Origin: the human T2T-CHM13v2.0 reference genome, Homo sapiens
DNA length: 64,000 nucleotides
NCBI RefSeq assembly: GCF_009914755.1
Contig: NC_060938.1
Direction: 5' to 3' (one strand)
Shown: one piece after another, positions 39,450-62,739 of the stretch
How positions within the stretch are numbered: the first letter of the stretch is position 1
How the letters are laid out: each line of letters opens with the position of its first letter
Translations under genes and position numbers: made by a program
The notes under the pieces: model-generated
What the model saw: only the letters and a program-made list of their open reading frames with translations
What the model was told of the DNA's origin: nothing
Database searches by the model: none

Positions 39450-40210
39450 GAAGCCCCAGGCCGGCCCCTGACCTCCTGTGGTCCCAGTGGAGCAGCGGAC
39501 TCGCTGAGACCCCCGGACACCCCAGACTCCGCAGAAGCCCGCCCTGCACGCTTGAACCCCAGGCGCCGGGACAGCCCCTGGCGCCCCCCCGGGCCCCCAC
39601 ACCGCGTGACTCCGGGGCACCCGGGCTCCCCCAGGCCCCGGTCCCGCGCACATCCCCTGGGCCGCAGCTCCCTCGCGGCCCGGCCGCGCCCCTGCCCGCG
39701 CCCCGCGCCCGGCCGCGCCGCGGGGGCCCGTTCCCGCAGAGGCCGCGGCGCCCCCCGCAGCCCAGGCCGGCGCGCCCGGAGCGTACCGTTGGCGATGAGC
39801 TTGGCCGACAGCTGCTTGACGAGCTCAGGGATCCGCTCCCACTGGCACTCGGAGCGGCAGCGCTCGATCTCCGTCTCCAGCCGCGAGCCTGCCTTCTTGG
39901 TCGCCATCGCGGCCTGGCCGGGCCCGGCCGCCCGCCCCGCAGGCCCCACCGCCGCCGCCGCGGCGCCCCCTCGCCGCCTCCCGCCGCCGCCGCGGGCTCG
40001 GGCTCCGGCTCCCGGCTCCGCGGCGTAACGGGAGCGCCGGCTGGGGAAGGGGCGGGGAGGCGGGCGGCGGCGGCGGGCGCGGCGGGGCCCCGGGCGCCGC
40101 GAGGAGCGGCCCCTGCCGGCCAGGGCCGGAGCCGCAGCACTGGCCGGGGCCGGAGCCAGGGCTGGGGCAGGGGCGGGGGCTAGGGCGGGAGACAGGGGCC
40201 CGAGGGAGGA
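39450..40210 (-). promoter_or_regulatory. TTC7B: TTC7B CpG-island promoter and GC-rich 5' UTR
   Basis: Very high GC and CpG density around exon 1, multiple GGGGCGG (Sp/KLF) boxes, no TATA box; exact TSS not determinable from sequence. Confidence 0.9.
39787..39907 (-). CDS. TTC7B: TTC7B coding exon 1 (MATKKAGSRLETEIERCRSECQWERIPELVKQLSAKLIAN + 1 nt); tetratricopeptide repeat protein 7B, scaffold of the PI4KA/EFR3/FAM126 complex
   Basis: ATG at 39907 in strong Kozak context (gccgcgATGg) within a CpG island; 121 nt ending at donor ACG|GTACGC; recognised TTC7B N-terminus; phase 1 joins exon 2 in frame (G+AT = Asp). Confidence 0.96.
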
Positions 40211-40829
40211 AAGGCGGGGTGGGCATGGAGGACAGGGAGAGGGACTGGGGGTGTCTGGGGCGGGGTGAAGACCGAGGGGAAGTGGGGATGGGGGTGGGGG
40301 AGCGGGGTAGGAGAGAGATCTGACCAAGGGCGGGTGAGGGGTCTGGTGGGGTAGGGGTCTGGGCAGGATGAAGGGGAGGGAGAGGATCGGGAGGGAGCTA
40401 GCGACAGCCTGGGAGCGGGTTGGATCCCCAGGAGTAGGGCCAAGAAAGGGCAGTGACCCTGGGGAAGGTCACCGCCCGGTGGGACCAGTGAGCCAGGTGT
40501 GAGGGGTGGGGGGAGGCCTGCCCGAGTTTGTCCTGCCATCTCAGGTGGCCAGCGGTTCCCTGGGGCCCGGTTGGCCTGTGCCCCTTAGCAGATGCCCCTC
40601 TGCCCCGCAGCCTTAGCCCCTACCCAGCCAGAGGTGGACGGAGACTCCTCCATCCCAGGCAAGGCACAGCACCTGCCAGGGGTGCCCTAGATGGCTGAGC
40701 GGAGCCAGGCAGGGGCTGCCACTCTCACACGCCAGCTCTCGGACCCCCTGAGGGGAAGGCACAGTCACTGGTGGGGCCTCCTGTCTTGGCCACCTAGACT
40801 GAGACCTAGGGAGGTGTCCCTCTGTGTTC

Positions 40830-46121
<5,292 letters not shown>

Positions 46122-46734
46122 GCTGCATCAGTGCCATCATTGTCTTGAGCGGGGTTTCTGAGGATGGATTCAGGATGGCTCTGTGCCCCTCCCCCTTGGA
46201 GTTCCCTGAGGGTCCCCTAACTTTCTTCCAAAGAGCCACTTCCAGCTGCCTGGAACTATGATTCCCATTGTAGGGACAAAGCAGTGGGAAACTTGCTCGG
46301 CAACTCCACTATAGGCACCAAAGCTGGTGCTTCTAATTTACCATCTGTTGCCATCTGAGAGGGACAGCCAGATGGAGAAGGCTAGTTGGCTGCTCAGGGA
46401 GGGCCCTGGGTAGCATGAGTCAGGTGTAGAAACCATGGTCTAAAGTTTCAGCTTTGCAAGTCTAGAAATATGTCAGTGTTCCAGGGTGCTCTGCCTAGTC
46501 CCACTAATGAAGCCCACCAGAGACCACTGTTTCAATCCCATGCCAACTCTCATTTGCAGTAGAAGCCAACCCCCAGTATCTCATAATCAGGAGACCCCAC
46601 TCTTAGTGTCAGGAAGCATGCAAAGCTAAAATCATCCTTAACTTACCTGGTGGGCACGGATTCAGAACGAGAGAGGGGAAGGTATCAAGAAGGTGGTCGT
46701 CAGCCCTGGAAAAGCTCAGAAGGCCATCTCAGTC

Positions 46735-47842
46735 TGTTGCAGGAAGTCAGGGACCTCGAACGGAGGGACCGGCTGGAGCTGCGGCAGAGGAACATAAATT
46801 GTGAAGATTTCATGGACATTTATCAGTTCCCAGAGTTAATACTTTTATAATTTCTTATGCCTGTCTTAACTGCAATCTCTGACCACAAATTATGAAGATT
46901 TCATGGACATTTATCAGTTCCCAAATAATATTCTTATAATTTCTTATGCCTGTCTTTACTTTAATCTCTTAATCCTGTTATATTTGTAAGCTGAGAATGT
47001 ACGTCACCTCAGGACCACTATTGTATAAACTGATTGTAAAACATGTGTGTTTAAACAATATGAAATCAGTGCACCTTGAAAAAGAACAGAATAACAGCGA
47101 TTTTCAGGGAACAAGGGAAGACAACCATAAGGTCTGACTGCCTGTGGGGTCGGGCAAAATACAGCCATATTTTTCTTCTTGCAGAGAGCCTATAAACAGA
47201 TGTGCAAGTAGGAGAGATATCGCTGAATTCTTTTGCCAGCAAGGAATATTAATAATTAATACCCTGGGGAAGGAATGCATTCCTGGGGGGAGGTCTATAA
47301 ACGGCCGCTCTGGGAGTGTCTGTCTTACATGGTTGAGATAAGGACTGAAATATGCCCTGGTCTCCTGCAGTACAGTACCCTCAGGCTTATTAGGGTGGGG
47401 AAAAGATCCCACCCTGGTAAATTTGTGGTCAGACCGGTTCTCTGCTCTTGAACACTGTTTTCTGTTGTTTTAAGATGTTTATCAAGACAATATGTGCACA
47501 GCTGAACATAGAGCCTCATCAGTAATTCTAATTTTGCCCTTTGCCTTGTGATCTTTGCTTCGCCCTTTGCCTTGTGATCTTCATTGCCTTTTAAAGCATA
47601 TGATCTTTGTGACCTACTCCCTGTTCATACACCCCCTCCCCTTTTAAAGTCCTTAATAAAAACCTGCTGGTTTTGCGGCTCAGGCGGACATCACGGACCT
47701 ACCGATAGGTGACGTCACCCCCGGAGGCCCAGCTGTAAAATTCCTCTCTTTGTACACTTTCTCTTTATTTCTCAGACCTGCCGACACTTAGGGAAAATAG
47801 AAAGAATGTACGTTGAAATATTGGGGGCTGGTTCCCCCAATA
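46735..47842 (+). mobile_element. MER11 (HERV-K11) solo LTR, full length
   Basis: Starts TGTTGCAGGAAGTCAGGGAC, has the characteristic GAAGATTTCATGGACATTTATCAGTTCCC repeat twice and AATAAA near 47655, ends GGTTCCCCCAATA; 6-bp TSD TCAGTC at 46729-46734 and 47843-47848. Confidence 0.9.
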
Positions 47843-48055
47843 TCAGTCCCGCTGTTGAACCCATTTCTCCACAGTTGAGAATATCCACATGTCCAAAGCC
47901 TATGTCCCCCTGCCCAGAATGAGGCTGGACCAGCTCTGTGAATTTTTACTTCTTATCTCCATACATTCCAACCTTGCACAGGCTGTAGACACCATAACAA
48001 TTAAGCTGATTTTGGTTTAAGCCTGTAAAATAGTAACTTTTGTGTAACAGGAGGG

Positions 48056-49882
<1,827 letters not shown>

Positions 49883-50959
49883 GACATCAGGAGTTTTAAA
49901 GAGAAATCACGAACTAGGTGGGCACAAGGGACCTGGTTGTTCCTGGGGAGTTGTATCAGCAAACAGGTTTGAAGTTTGCACTTCGGACACGTTACTGTGA
50001 AAAAAAGAAACTAATTCTCATTTTGTGTGAAGGAGCCTGATAGACACAGGATCTGCTTCAGTGAGGAATTGTGAGTGATCTTCCCCTGCACAAGGCCAAT
50101 AGGGTGCAAGGTTTCCACAGTTCAATTCAACAAACGTTTATTGAGTACCTACTATGTGCCGGACACAGTGTTAGGCCTTAGTGATACAATATTGTGTAGG
50201 GTATGGTCCCATCCCTCAAGGAACTCACAGTCTAGTGGGGGAAAGAAGTGAGCAACAGCTCTGCAGCCGGACCCAGAGGAACGCCAGGAATTAACTGTGG
50301 TGGGTGCTCCAGTAAGTCTTCCTGGAGAATGTTGCCCCCAAGCCAAGCCTTGAAAAAGGATCTCAGGTCCAGTCTGCTCACCAACCCTCACCATCTAACA
50401 AAGTGGTCCTGGGTTTTCAAAACTCTTGCACTCAAAATAGGGTCCCAGTATTCAGACATATGCAGTCCCAGATCACCCCCGACCATCAGATGAGAAAAAC
50501 CCAACAATCTGGTCTCCTTTCCTGCAGCAAAGCACTTGGTGGTCAGAAGGGTTGGGGGTGAAGGTTTATGGGATCTGCTGGACAGCTGGTGAGGCATACA
50601 GACACTTCTGATTGTTATCTTTCTCCCAAATCAAATGCTAAAGGTACTAAAACCATGCTGACTGCATGAACCATTCCCTGGGGACTGGTAGGGCATTCCA
50701 TTCCTCCCCACATTTGGGAGTCCAAACCGGGGTGGAGGGGTAAGAAGTAAAAGGTCTGGGTCAAGTGCTGCCCATCAGCTTGTTCATGATCAGGTACCCT
50801 TCAGTTTCCTTATTTGTAAGAGGAGAGTGCTAGTCAAGGAGGTCCTGGGCTCTGGTCGTTGATTCTGTCCTGTCAAAGTGAGAGTGGCTGGAATGGGATT
50901 GGTATATGGGTGCTCCCATCCAGCTGAGGTTCCTTTCTGAGCTCTCAGGCAGCAAATTA

Positions 50960-51352
<393 letters not shown>

Positions 51353-51719
51353 TCATCTCTGTAACTGACCTGCCGTGTGACCTTGTGAAAGGCGTGTCCC
51401 CTCTCTGGGGGTGTCAGTGGACTAATTCCCAGGTTAGCTGTGGGGGGAGATGATCACTGGCATTTAACAGTAAGGTGGGGCTTCAGAAGTCCATCTACTG
51501 CGAAGCAAGAGAAAACTCCACGGAATACACGACTGAAACGAGTGGGAAGCCAGATGTGTCACGGACGTAGGGAGGGGAAGATGAAGGTCCCAGCAAAATC
51601 CCGGGAACATACCTGTCAAAGGGTCAGCGAGAAAACCAGTCCCTTGGCTGGTTGAAAGGAACACTTGATTCTTTGTCAGAAAGCAGCCTTGCGCTTCTAA
51701 GGGGTCTGCTGTCTGAAAG

Positions 51720-52050
51720 AAGCCTTCGAGGCTCGCAGACCTGGGGAAGAACTCAACCTGCCTTCAGCCCATGGGGACTGGGGCCGGCGCGGCTTTCTGG
51801 AATCGAACGGAACGAGGCGACCAGGCGCGGCGGCGGCAGCCAATGAGGGAGCCTCCTGATGAGGTCATGCAGTTCCTGGGCGCTTCATTGGCGGATCCTT
51901 CGCGGGGCCGCGGCGGGGGCCGCAGGGCGGAGCGAGGCGGGGCGAGGCGGGGCGGAGGCGGTGCCTGCCAGAGCCCGGACCTAAAACCGCGGTTCGATTT
52001 CCCTTATTTCCTCCCAGCGCTTATTTCCCCTGAGCGCGATGGGTCAGGCC
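51720..52050. promoter_or_regulatory. Second CpG-rich promoter-like element (NF-Y and Sp1 type)
   Basis: CCAAT 51840-51844, ATTGG 51887-51891, TGAGGTCA 51860-51867, GC boxes 51925-51957, local CpG enrichment not explained by a repeat. Confidence 0.7.
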
Positions 52051-53087
52051 CTTCTTAAGAGAGCAGTGAAAATACCCAGAAAAAAGGGCTTTTACTCACT
52101 CCAGAGACTGGGTTTACTTATTTTGGGTGAGCCCTCATTTTCTTTAGTAAAAGTGGAGGGTTGTTTAGTTTTGTTTCAATCCAGGCCAAACGCACTATTA
52201 ACTCTAACCATTTAGCAACGCTGAGAGAATGTCCCTTGGTAGCCTTTTATTTACCCACTGTGGTCCTCTAACCCACTGTGTTGGGAGCACCGAACACCAG
52301 CTTTGTTCCACAGACGTGGAAACAGACCCAGGCGACTTGCCCAGGGTTATGTGGCCATTCAGTGGGACAGTGGGGGAACAGAGAACTAAGCTTTTGGTCC
52401 CTGCTGCCTGCCCAGGGGACCCACTCTCATGACCCTGGGTCACAGCCCAGGGCTCCCCACAGCCCAGGGCTCCCCACAAGGAAAGGCAGTCAAGTCAACC
52501 TTGCTGCTTCCTGTTGCAAGCTTTTGATACATCAGTTTCATTTTCAAAATACCGCCCAGAGTAGTCTATGGTCAGCAGAAAGATGCTGACAGCACTGTCT
52601 ATTCTAGGAAGTTATTTTCGAATGAACTACAGTGTGAGGGACGGTTGGAATGTCCCTGATGCTGAAGGAGCCTGGCAGCTATTACGCTGGTCCTCAGCCC
52701 ACCAGGCCTTCCTTTTTAAGAGGTATCTAGGAACTTGCGTAATGCCTCTGTTTTGTTGCAGTCTAAGGGCGCTGACCCTTTGCCCAGAGAGAAGCGGAGT
52801 TTTAAGTGATGTGTACAGGACACTCTTCTAAGGATGAGACCCTGGCACTTGGCCTGGGCCCTCAAATATGCGTTGAATGACTGATACAGCCTGAATGCCT
52901 GTTATCAGACTCAGAGATTGTGTGGGCCAGGGAAGGCAGGCAGCAGAGAGAGTGCGGGCAGGCCGGGCGCGGTGGCTCACACCTGTAATCCCAGCACTCT
53001 GGGAGGCCGAGGTGGGCAGATCACTTGAGCTCAGGAGTTCAAGACTAGCCTGGGCAACATGGCAAAACCCTGTCTCTATTTTTATTT

Positions 53088-53178
53088 AGAAAGAAAGAAA
53101 GAGAGCGAGAGAGAGAGAGACAAAGAGAAAGAAAGAAAGAAAAAGAAAGAAAGAAAGAAAGAAAGAAAGAGGAAAGAG
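53088..53178 (+). repeat. (GAAA)n/(GA)n purine microsatellite
   Basis: Direct reading. Confidence 0.9.
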
Positions 53179-53892
53179 CAGAGTTAGATGGCCTCACTCG
53201 TGGGAGGATGCCATCTGTCATCTGGGATCTTTATCTCCTTTCCTGTATTTGAGGAATCCCCCACCAGAGACACTGAAAATGCCAGGCACTCACTGTGCCA
53301 GACTCCCTTGTTTCTACAGTGAGGGGTGGGGGACCTCAACCCTGCCAGGCAGACGCCACTCAGAAAGCAGGTGCAGGAGCGTGGGCAGCCTCAGCCTGAT
53401 TCGGAGGCATCCCAGGTGGCAACTGCTCTGGCAGGCCATGTGAGTGGGGCTGGGGTGCACTTGGGTATCTGTGCCCAGCAGTGGTGGCAGCACTTTTCCT
53501 CCCTGCCAGACCAGTCCTGCGGAGGATGTCCAGCCTCCCAGCCTGGGTCCCTTCCTCCCAGAATGTGTGCACCTGATGTGATGAATTCCACTTCTACCTA
53601 AATCAGCCAGAGCTGGTTTCTGTGGTTTCTAGCAGAGAACTGGACTGCTGGAGGAGGCTTCCTGTAGGAGGGACAGGCACTGGCTAGGCAAGAAAGGATG
53701 GGCGCCCAGGTAGAAAAAATGGCACCAGGCTAAGGGTGGGGAGGAGACGGAGGACGGAGAGGCATCGTGGTACCATCTTCCTTCAGACCAAGTCACAAGT
53801 TTCAGAATTGTGTGGAAGGAAGCAAGTCACATTGCTGGGTCGGGTATCCTCCAGCCTCTCACAGGAGTTATAAAGGGTCCTAGGAGTCATGA

Positions 53893-54273
<381 letters not shown>

Positions 54274-55879
54274 TAGGTTTAAGAGAGGAGATCAGGCTCC
54301 TGGTAGCCTTTTACTAGGCGGGCTTCTCTGATTTTATTAGGAAGCCTCAGTGTGCTCCCCAATAGGTAAGTCCTTCACCTGAAGTACAATTTTAACTTGG
54401 GGTGAAGACTTTCTTTTTAGAATGAAAGATGAGGCTTAAAATGCCCCTTTCCCCAGCCCTAACGCAGCCCTTGCATTTCCACCTTTGATGGGCGAACTCA
54501 CTCCAGTGGGGCTGGCCCTTTGCCGCTCTGTGTTCATTGACATGGGTGTTGGGAGGACGCTATTCCCTGAGCCACCCTTTCCCAGGTGGGGAAACTCTGG
54601 TGGTGCTGGGGGCCTGGGGATGAGCTGCCTTCTTTGGAGCAGAGTTTGAGAGAGCAAGGAGGGCTCAGGAGCCTGGGGATGGAGGTGAGGTAGGGAAAGC
54701 CTCCAGAAGGCGGGCAGGGGCTGGCATCCCGGACCGGCGCTTCCCACCCCTCTTCTCAGGCCTCCTCCCCAGCAAAGGTGCCAGACGCCCTGGGCTGTCG
54801 CCGTTCCCCCATGGGGCAGTAAGAGCTCTCTAAACCTCAGACTTCCACAGACCTGCCTCAGATGGACCCCCAAGAAAGGAGGAAGCCAGCTCTCAGGGAC
54901 TGAGCTGCAGGCCCAACATCTCCTCCCTACCCCAGGCTCAAACCATGAATGCCGCACAGCGCTGCGTGCATGTCCACGAGGACGTGCCCAGCAGGCATCT
55001 GCCAGCACAGCGGGCTTTCACAGCACAATCTGGACAGAAGCTGACGAGGACATAGCTCTCCGACAGCACTTGCCATTCTGGGTGCACAACCCAGCGCCCC
55101 GCCCCTGCTGCCTTTGCGGACCATTCACTCTGGGCGTCAGCTTCTCCCTGATCCCTTCCTGGTGGGCTTAGAGTCCCAGGTGCCACAGTTTGTGCCTCGG
55201 CGCTCGTTGCATCCCCCAGGGCGCCCATCACCCATGGGCTGGGCCTCAGCAGGCCCTCAACAGGCACCCGTCAGTTCACCTGTCCATTCAGTGACCCCCC
55301 AAAGGAGGGAGAAGAAACATCCCTGCCGAACGCCACCACCCTCTGCCCCAGGCTCACCTCCTCCCCAGGAGGAAGGACTGGTTGGGGTTTCCAGCTTTTC
55401 CTTTCATCATTTTGTCTTACACTTTGTGCCATTCCTGTCATGAGCACCCACAGTTCCTCTTCTGGCAGAGGTATTTGGGTATTCATTTGCTTCTCCAAAC
55501 AGACTAGGAGTCTCAGAAAGGCCAGGCCTGGGTCCTGACCATGTCACCATCTCCCACATCATCTGGCGCGTCGTTGGCGGGCCACATGGTTTTTGAATGA
55601 AGGCGCAGTCATAGAGTGGAGCTGTCATGCTGAGAGGCCGCCCACCCCTACGACACTCGGGAAGTATGTGTGTGTTGGAATGTGTGATTTTAAAAAAAGT
55701 TGTCTGAGAGATAGATCCCATAGCATGCGGTTCCCAATTTAAAGCACAGAATTCGGAAGTTAGTAGTATATTTACAGACATGTGCAACCATCACTACAGT
55801 CCACTTAGGAGCACTTTTTTCTAAATGCTCCCAAAAAAGAGACTCCATGCCCATTAACAATCACTCCCTATTTCCCCTC

Positions 55880-56881
<1,002 letters not shown>

Positions 56882-57400
56882 TCCCCTACCGGCCGGCCCT
56901 AGGATTTTCTGTCTCCATGGATTTACCTGTTCCCGCCATTTCACATACATGGACTCATACAACATGAGGTCTTTTATAACTGACTTCTTTGACTTAACAC
57001 AATGTTTTCAAGGTTCCTCCATGTGGTAGCCTGTACCAGCACTTCATCCAACTTTATGGCCACTAATATTCCATTGCGTGGGTGCCACATCCACTCATCC
57101 ACTCATCAGTAGATGGGCATCAGCCTGATTCCACTCTTTGGCTATTGTGATGCTGCTATGTGCATTTTTGTACAAGTTTTTGTGTAGACGTACATTTCCA
57201 TTTCACTTAGGTGTAGAAGTAGGAGTAGAATTGCTAGGTCATGCTGGTAACTCTATGTTTAACCTTTGGAAGAACTAGTAAACCGTTTTCTAAAACAGCT
57301 GCATCGGCCGGGCGCGGTGTAATCCCGCCTGTAATCCCAGCACTTTGGGAGGCCGAGGCAGGTGGATCACGAGGTCAGGAGATCGAGACTATCCTGGCTA

Positions 57401-57739
<339 letters not shown>

Positions 57740-57916
57740 TTACACTGTGGTTTTGATTTGCATTTCTTTGATAACTAATGATGTTGAGCAACTTTTCAGG
57801 TGCTTATTGGCCATTTGTCCATCTTTGAAGAATTCTGATTCTTTGCTCATTTTTAAATTGGGTTACTTGGGTTTTTTTTTTTTTTTCTTTCATTATTGAG
57901 TTGTAAGAATTATTTA

Positions 57917-58200
<284 letters not shown>

Positions 58201-58321
58201 TCAAAACAAACAAACAAAAAAGTTATTTATACATTCTAGATACACGTATCTTATCAGATATATAATTTGCAAGTATTTCTTCCATTCTGTGCATTTTCAC
58301 TGTATTGACAGTGTTCCTTGA

Positions 58322-58702
<381 letters not shown>

Positions 58703-58807
58703 TAAGAAACCATTGCGTAATCTGAGGTCGTGAAGATTTATAGCTATGTCTTATTCTAATAATTTTGCAGCTCTAGCTCTTCGGATGAGGTCTGTGATCC
58801 GTTTTGA

Positions 58808-59176
<369 letters not shown>

Positions 59177-59579
59177 TAATGTTGGTGCTCTTGTCAAAAA
59201 CCAATTTACCATAACTGTATGGGTTTATTTCTGAACCTGAATTTTATTCCATTGACTTATATGGCTATCCTTATGTCAGTATCACACTGTCTTGATTATT
59301 GTAGTTTTGCAGTAACTTTCAGAATTGGAAAATGTGAGGTCTTAGTTTTGTTCTTCTTTTATAAGATTGTTTTGATTGGGGGGGGCTCCCTTTTATTTCC
59401 ATATTAAAATTCAGATCTGTCAATGTCTGCGAAAAGAGCAGGGATTTTGATTGGGCTTGTGTTTGAATCTGTAGATCCATTTGAGGAGTACTGCCATTTT
59501 AAGACTATGAAGTCTTGGCCGGGTGCGGTGGCTCACATCTGTAATCCCAGCACTTTGGGAGGCCGAGGCAGGTGGATCA

Positions 59580-59915
<336 letters not shown>

Positions 59916-60343
59916 TCAGATTTAAATTTTTAGATGGTCATTGAGGTGATCCAACCTCTAAAATCCCTGATCACGGTCTAACGCAGAAGCCCTGGTCCCC
60001 ACTCTGGGAACCCAGGCCCAGGAGCGCCTTTGGGGTGGTTTGTTGTTCTCCTCTGCGGTCAGATCAGGGGCCCCCGTGTAGAAACCACAGCCCAAGCTAC
60101 TTCCATTTACTTAGCAGCAGGGGAGTTTCCTTGGCTCCCAGAGGCACCCTGGGCTGGCCCTTAGGCCCTCTCTGAGATGGAGACCCTGGATGCCAGGGCA
60201 CACGGGGGCATTTCTGGGCTGACGGGCTCTGAACTTGTGCCTGGGAAGGGGAAGTTTTCCCACAAGCCTTCTCTCTTCCTCTCCAAAATCTCAGGAAGCT
60301 ACAGAGCCACCTTCTGACAAGGGAGGAGAGCTTGGTCAGCAGG

Positions 60344-60607
60344 GCCCAGCTGCGAGGGTGAAGTTGTGCCCAGCTGCGAGGGCGAAGGTGTGCCCAGCTG
60401 TGAGGGTGGAGGGGTGCCCTGTGAGGGCGGAGGGGTGCCCAGCTATGAGGGTGGAGGGGTGCCCTGTGAGGGTGGAGAAGTGCCCAGCTGTGAGGGTGGA
60501 GGGGTGCCCAGCTGTGAGGGTGGAGGGGTGCCCAGCTGTGAGGGCGGAGGGGTGCCCACCTGTGAGGGCGGAGGGGTGCCCACCTGTGAGGGCAGAGGGG
60601 TGCCCAG
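60344..60607 (+). repeat. Minisatellite/VNTR, 24-bp unit GCCCAGCTGTGAGGGTGGAGGGGT x11 (two units are 21-bp variants)
   Basis: Units counted directly: 9x24 + 2x21 = 258 bp plus a partial unit. Confidence 0.95.
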
Positions 60608-61441
60608 TGCGGGCAACTTCACCTTCATGATTAGCATTTGCACAGTGTGAGGGGTGCTGCTGAGCAGACAGAATCAGCTGAGACACCCACTCCTCCGTCA
60701 AGAAGCTGGGTTCTAGATCACCATACTCCTCCTGTGGGGCCTGTTTATTTGGGGTGTCTGTGTGCAAGGCTAGGAATGACGTCTCTGTCTTTCTCTAAGA
60801 AAAATTTCTAAATTAAAAAAGAAAGCCAAATACCACAATATGTCCAGGGTTGAGCCATCTCTGAGGGTCTTTTCTGCAGAATACAAGTAAGTCACTCTAC
60901 AGTTCTGAGCCTCAGTTTTCTTGCTTGCAAAATATTTTTCAACCAGAAAATATCTCAGTGTAAGAGTGCCTGGACACCCCATGTTCCCTGGCGGCACCCC
61001 ATCTCCGGCAGCAGCCAACTGTGCAATGTCCCCAGGAAACATCCACCTTCTAAAGGGCAGTCATCAGCGAACAGAGTTTTGTGTGGTTGAAGTTGTTCTT
61101 CAAGTACCTTTGGAATGAAAACTATGGTATCATGATGCATGAGTTGGCCAATTATTCTTCCCGACTCCTGAAAGTAGTTCAAGTTTGGTCTTTAGTTATT
61201 CAACACAGAAGCAGCACGATATGTTTATCTGTTCGAACAGAGGTTTTGATTTCACAGATGAAAGAGAAACGCTTGTTACTTCACATGCGGACTGCGAGAT
61301 GTAGACTGGCTTGCCCTGATGGAAGACTTCTCAGAGAACATATATGGCCCCTAATTATAGTGGGCACGTCATCGCTTGAAAGTAAAGTGCACTGGGCCGG
61401 TGGTAACCCCAGCACTTTGTGAGGCCGAGGCAGGCGGATCA

Positions 61442-61867
<426 letters not shown>

Positions 61868-61967
61868 CTACTGAGCCCCTTTTCAAACTTTATCTCAGAA
61901 GAAAACCTTCACTTTTAGATGCCATGCCTTAACAGAATATGGCCAATTATTCCTTTACCCTGCATCA

Positions 61968-62739
<772 letters not shown>

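Noticed and set aside
39425-40327. Long overlapping ORFs (300, 235, 193, 133 aa) at the CpG island, including an apparent N-terminal extension of TTC7B
   Set aside because: Stop codons are rare in such GC-rich DNA; the products are low-complexity Ala/Gly/Pro/Arg, and only the 40-codon exon is bounded by a Kozak ATG and a splice donor
40660-40700. CTCF-like motifs (also near 19855, 21262, 29388)
   Set aside because: Two or more mismatches to the core motif; cannot be supported without PWM scoring or ChIP data
46641-46650. ACTTACCTGG resembling the U1 snRNA 5' end
   Set aside because: No further U1 similarity; it is the reverse complement of a consensus splice donor
60344-60607. CRISPR-like array
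   Set aside because: Head-to-tail tandem units with no unique spacers, in human DNA
60235-60767. Repetitive Cys/Gly/Pro proteins (VEGCPAVR, CEGGGVPS)
   Set aside because: Translations of the 24-bp VNTR; no promoter or splice support
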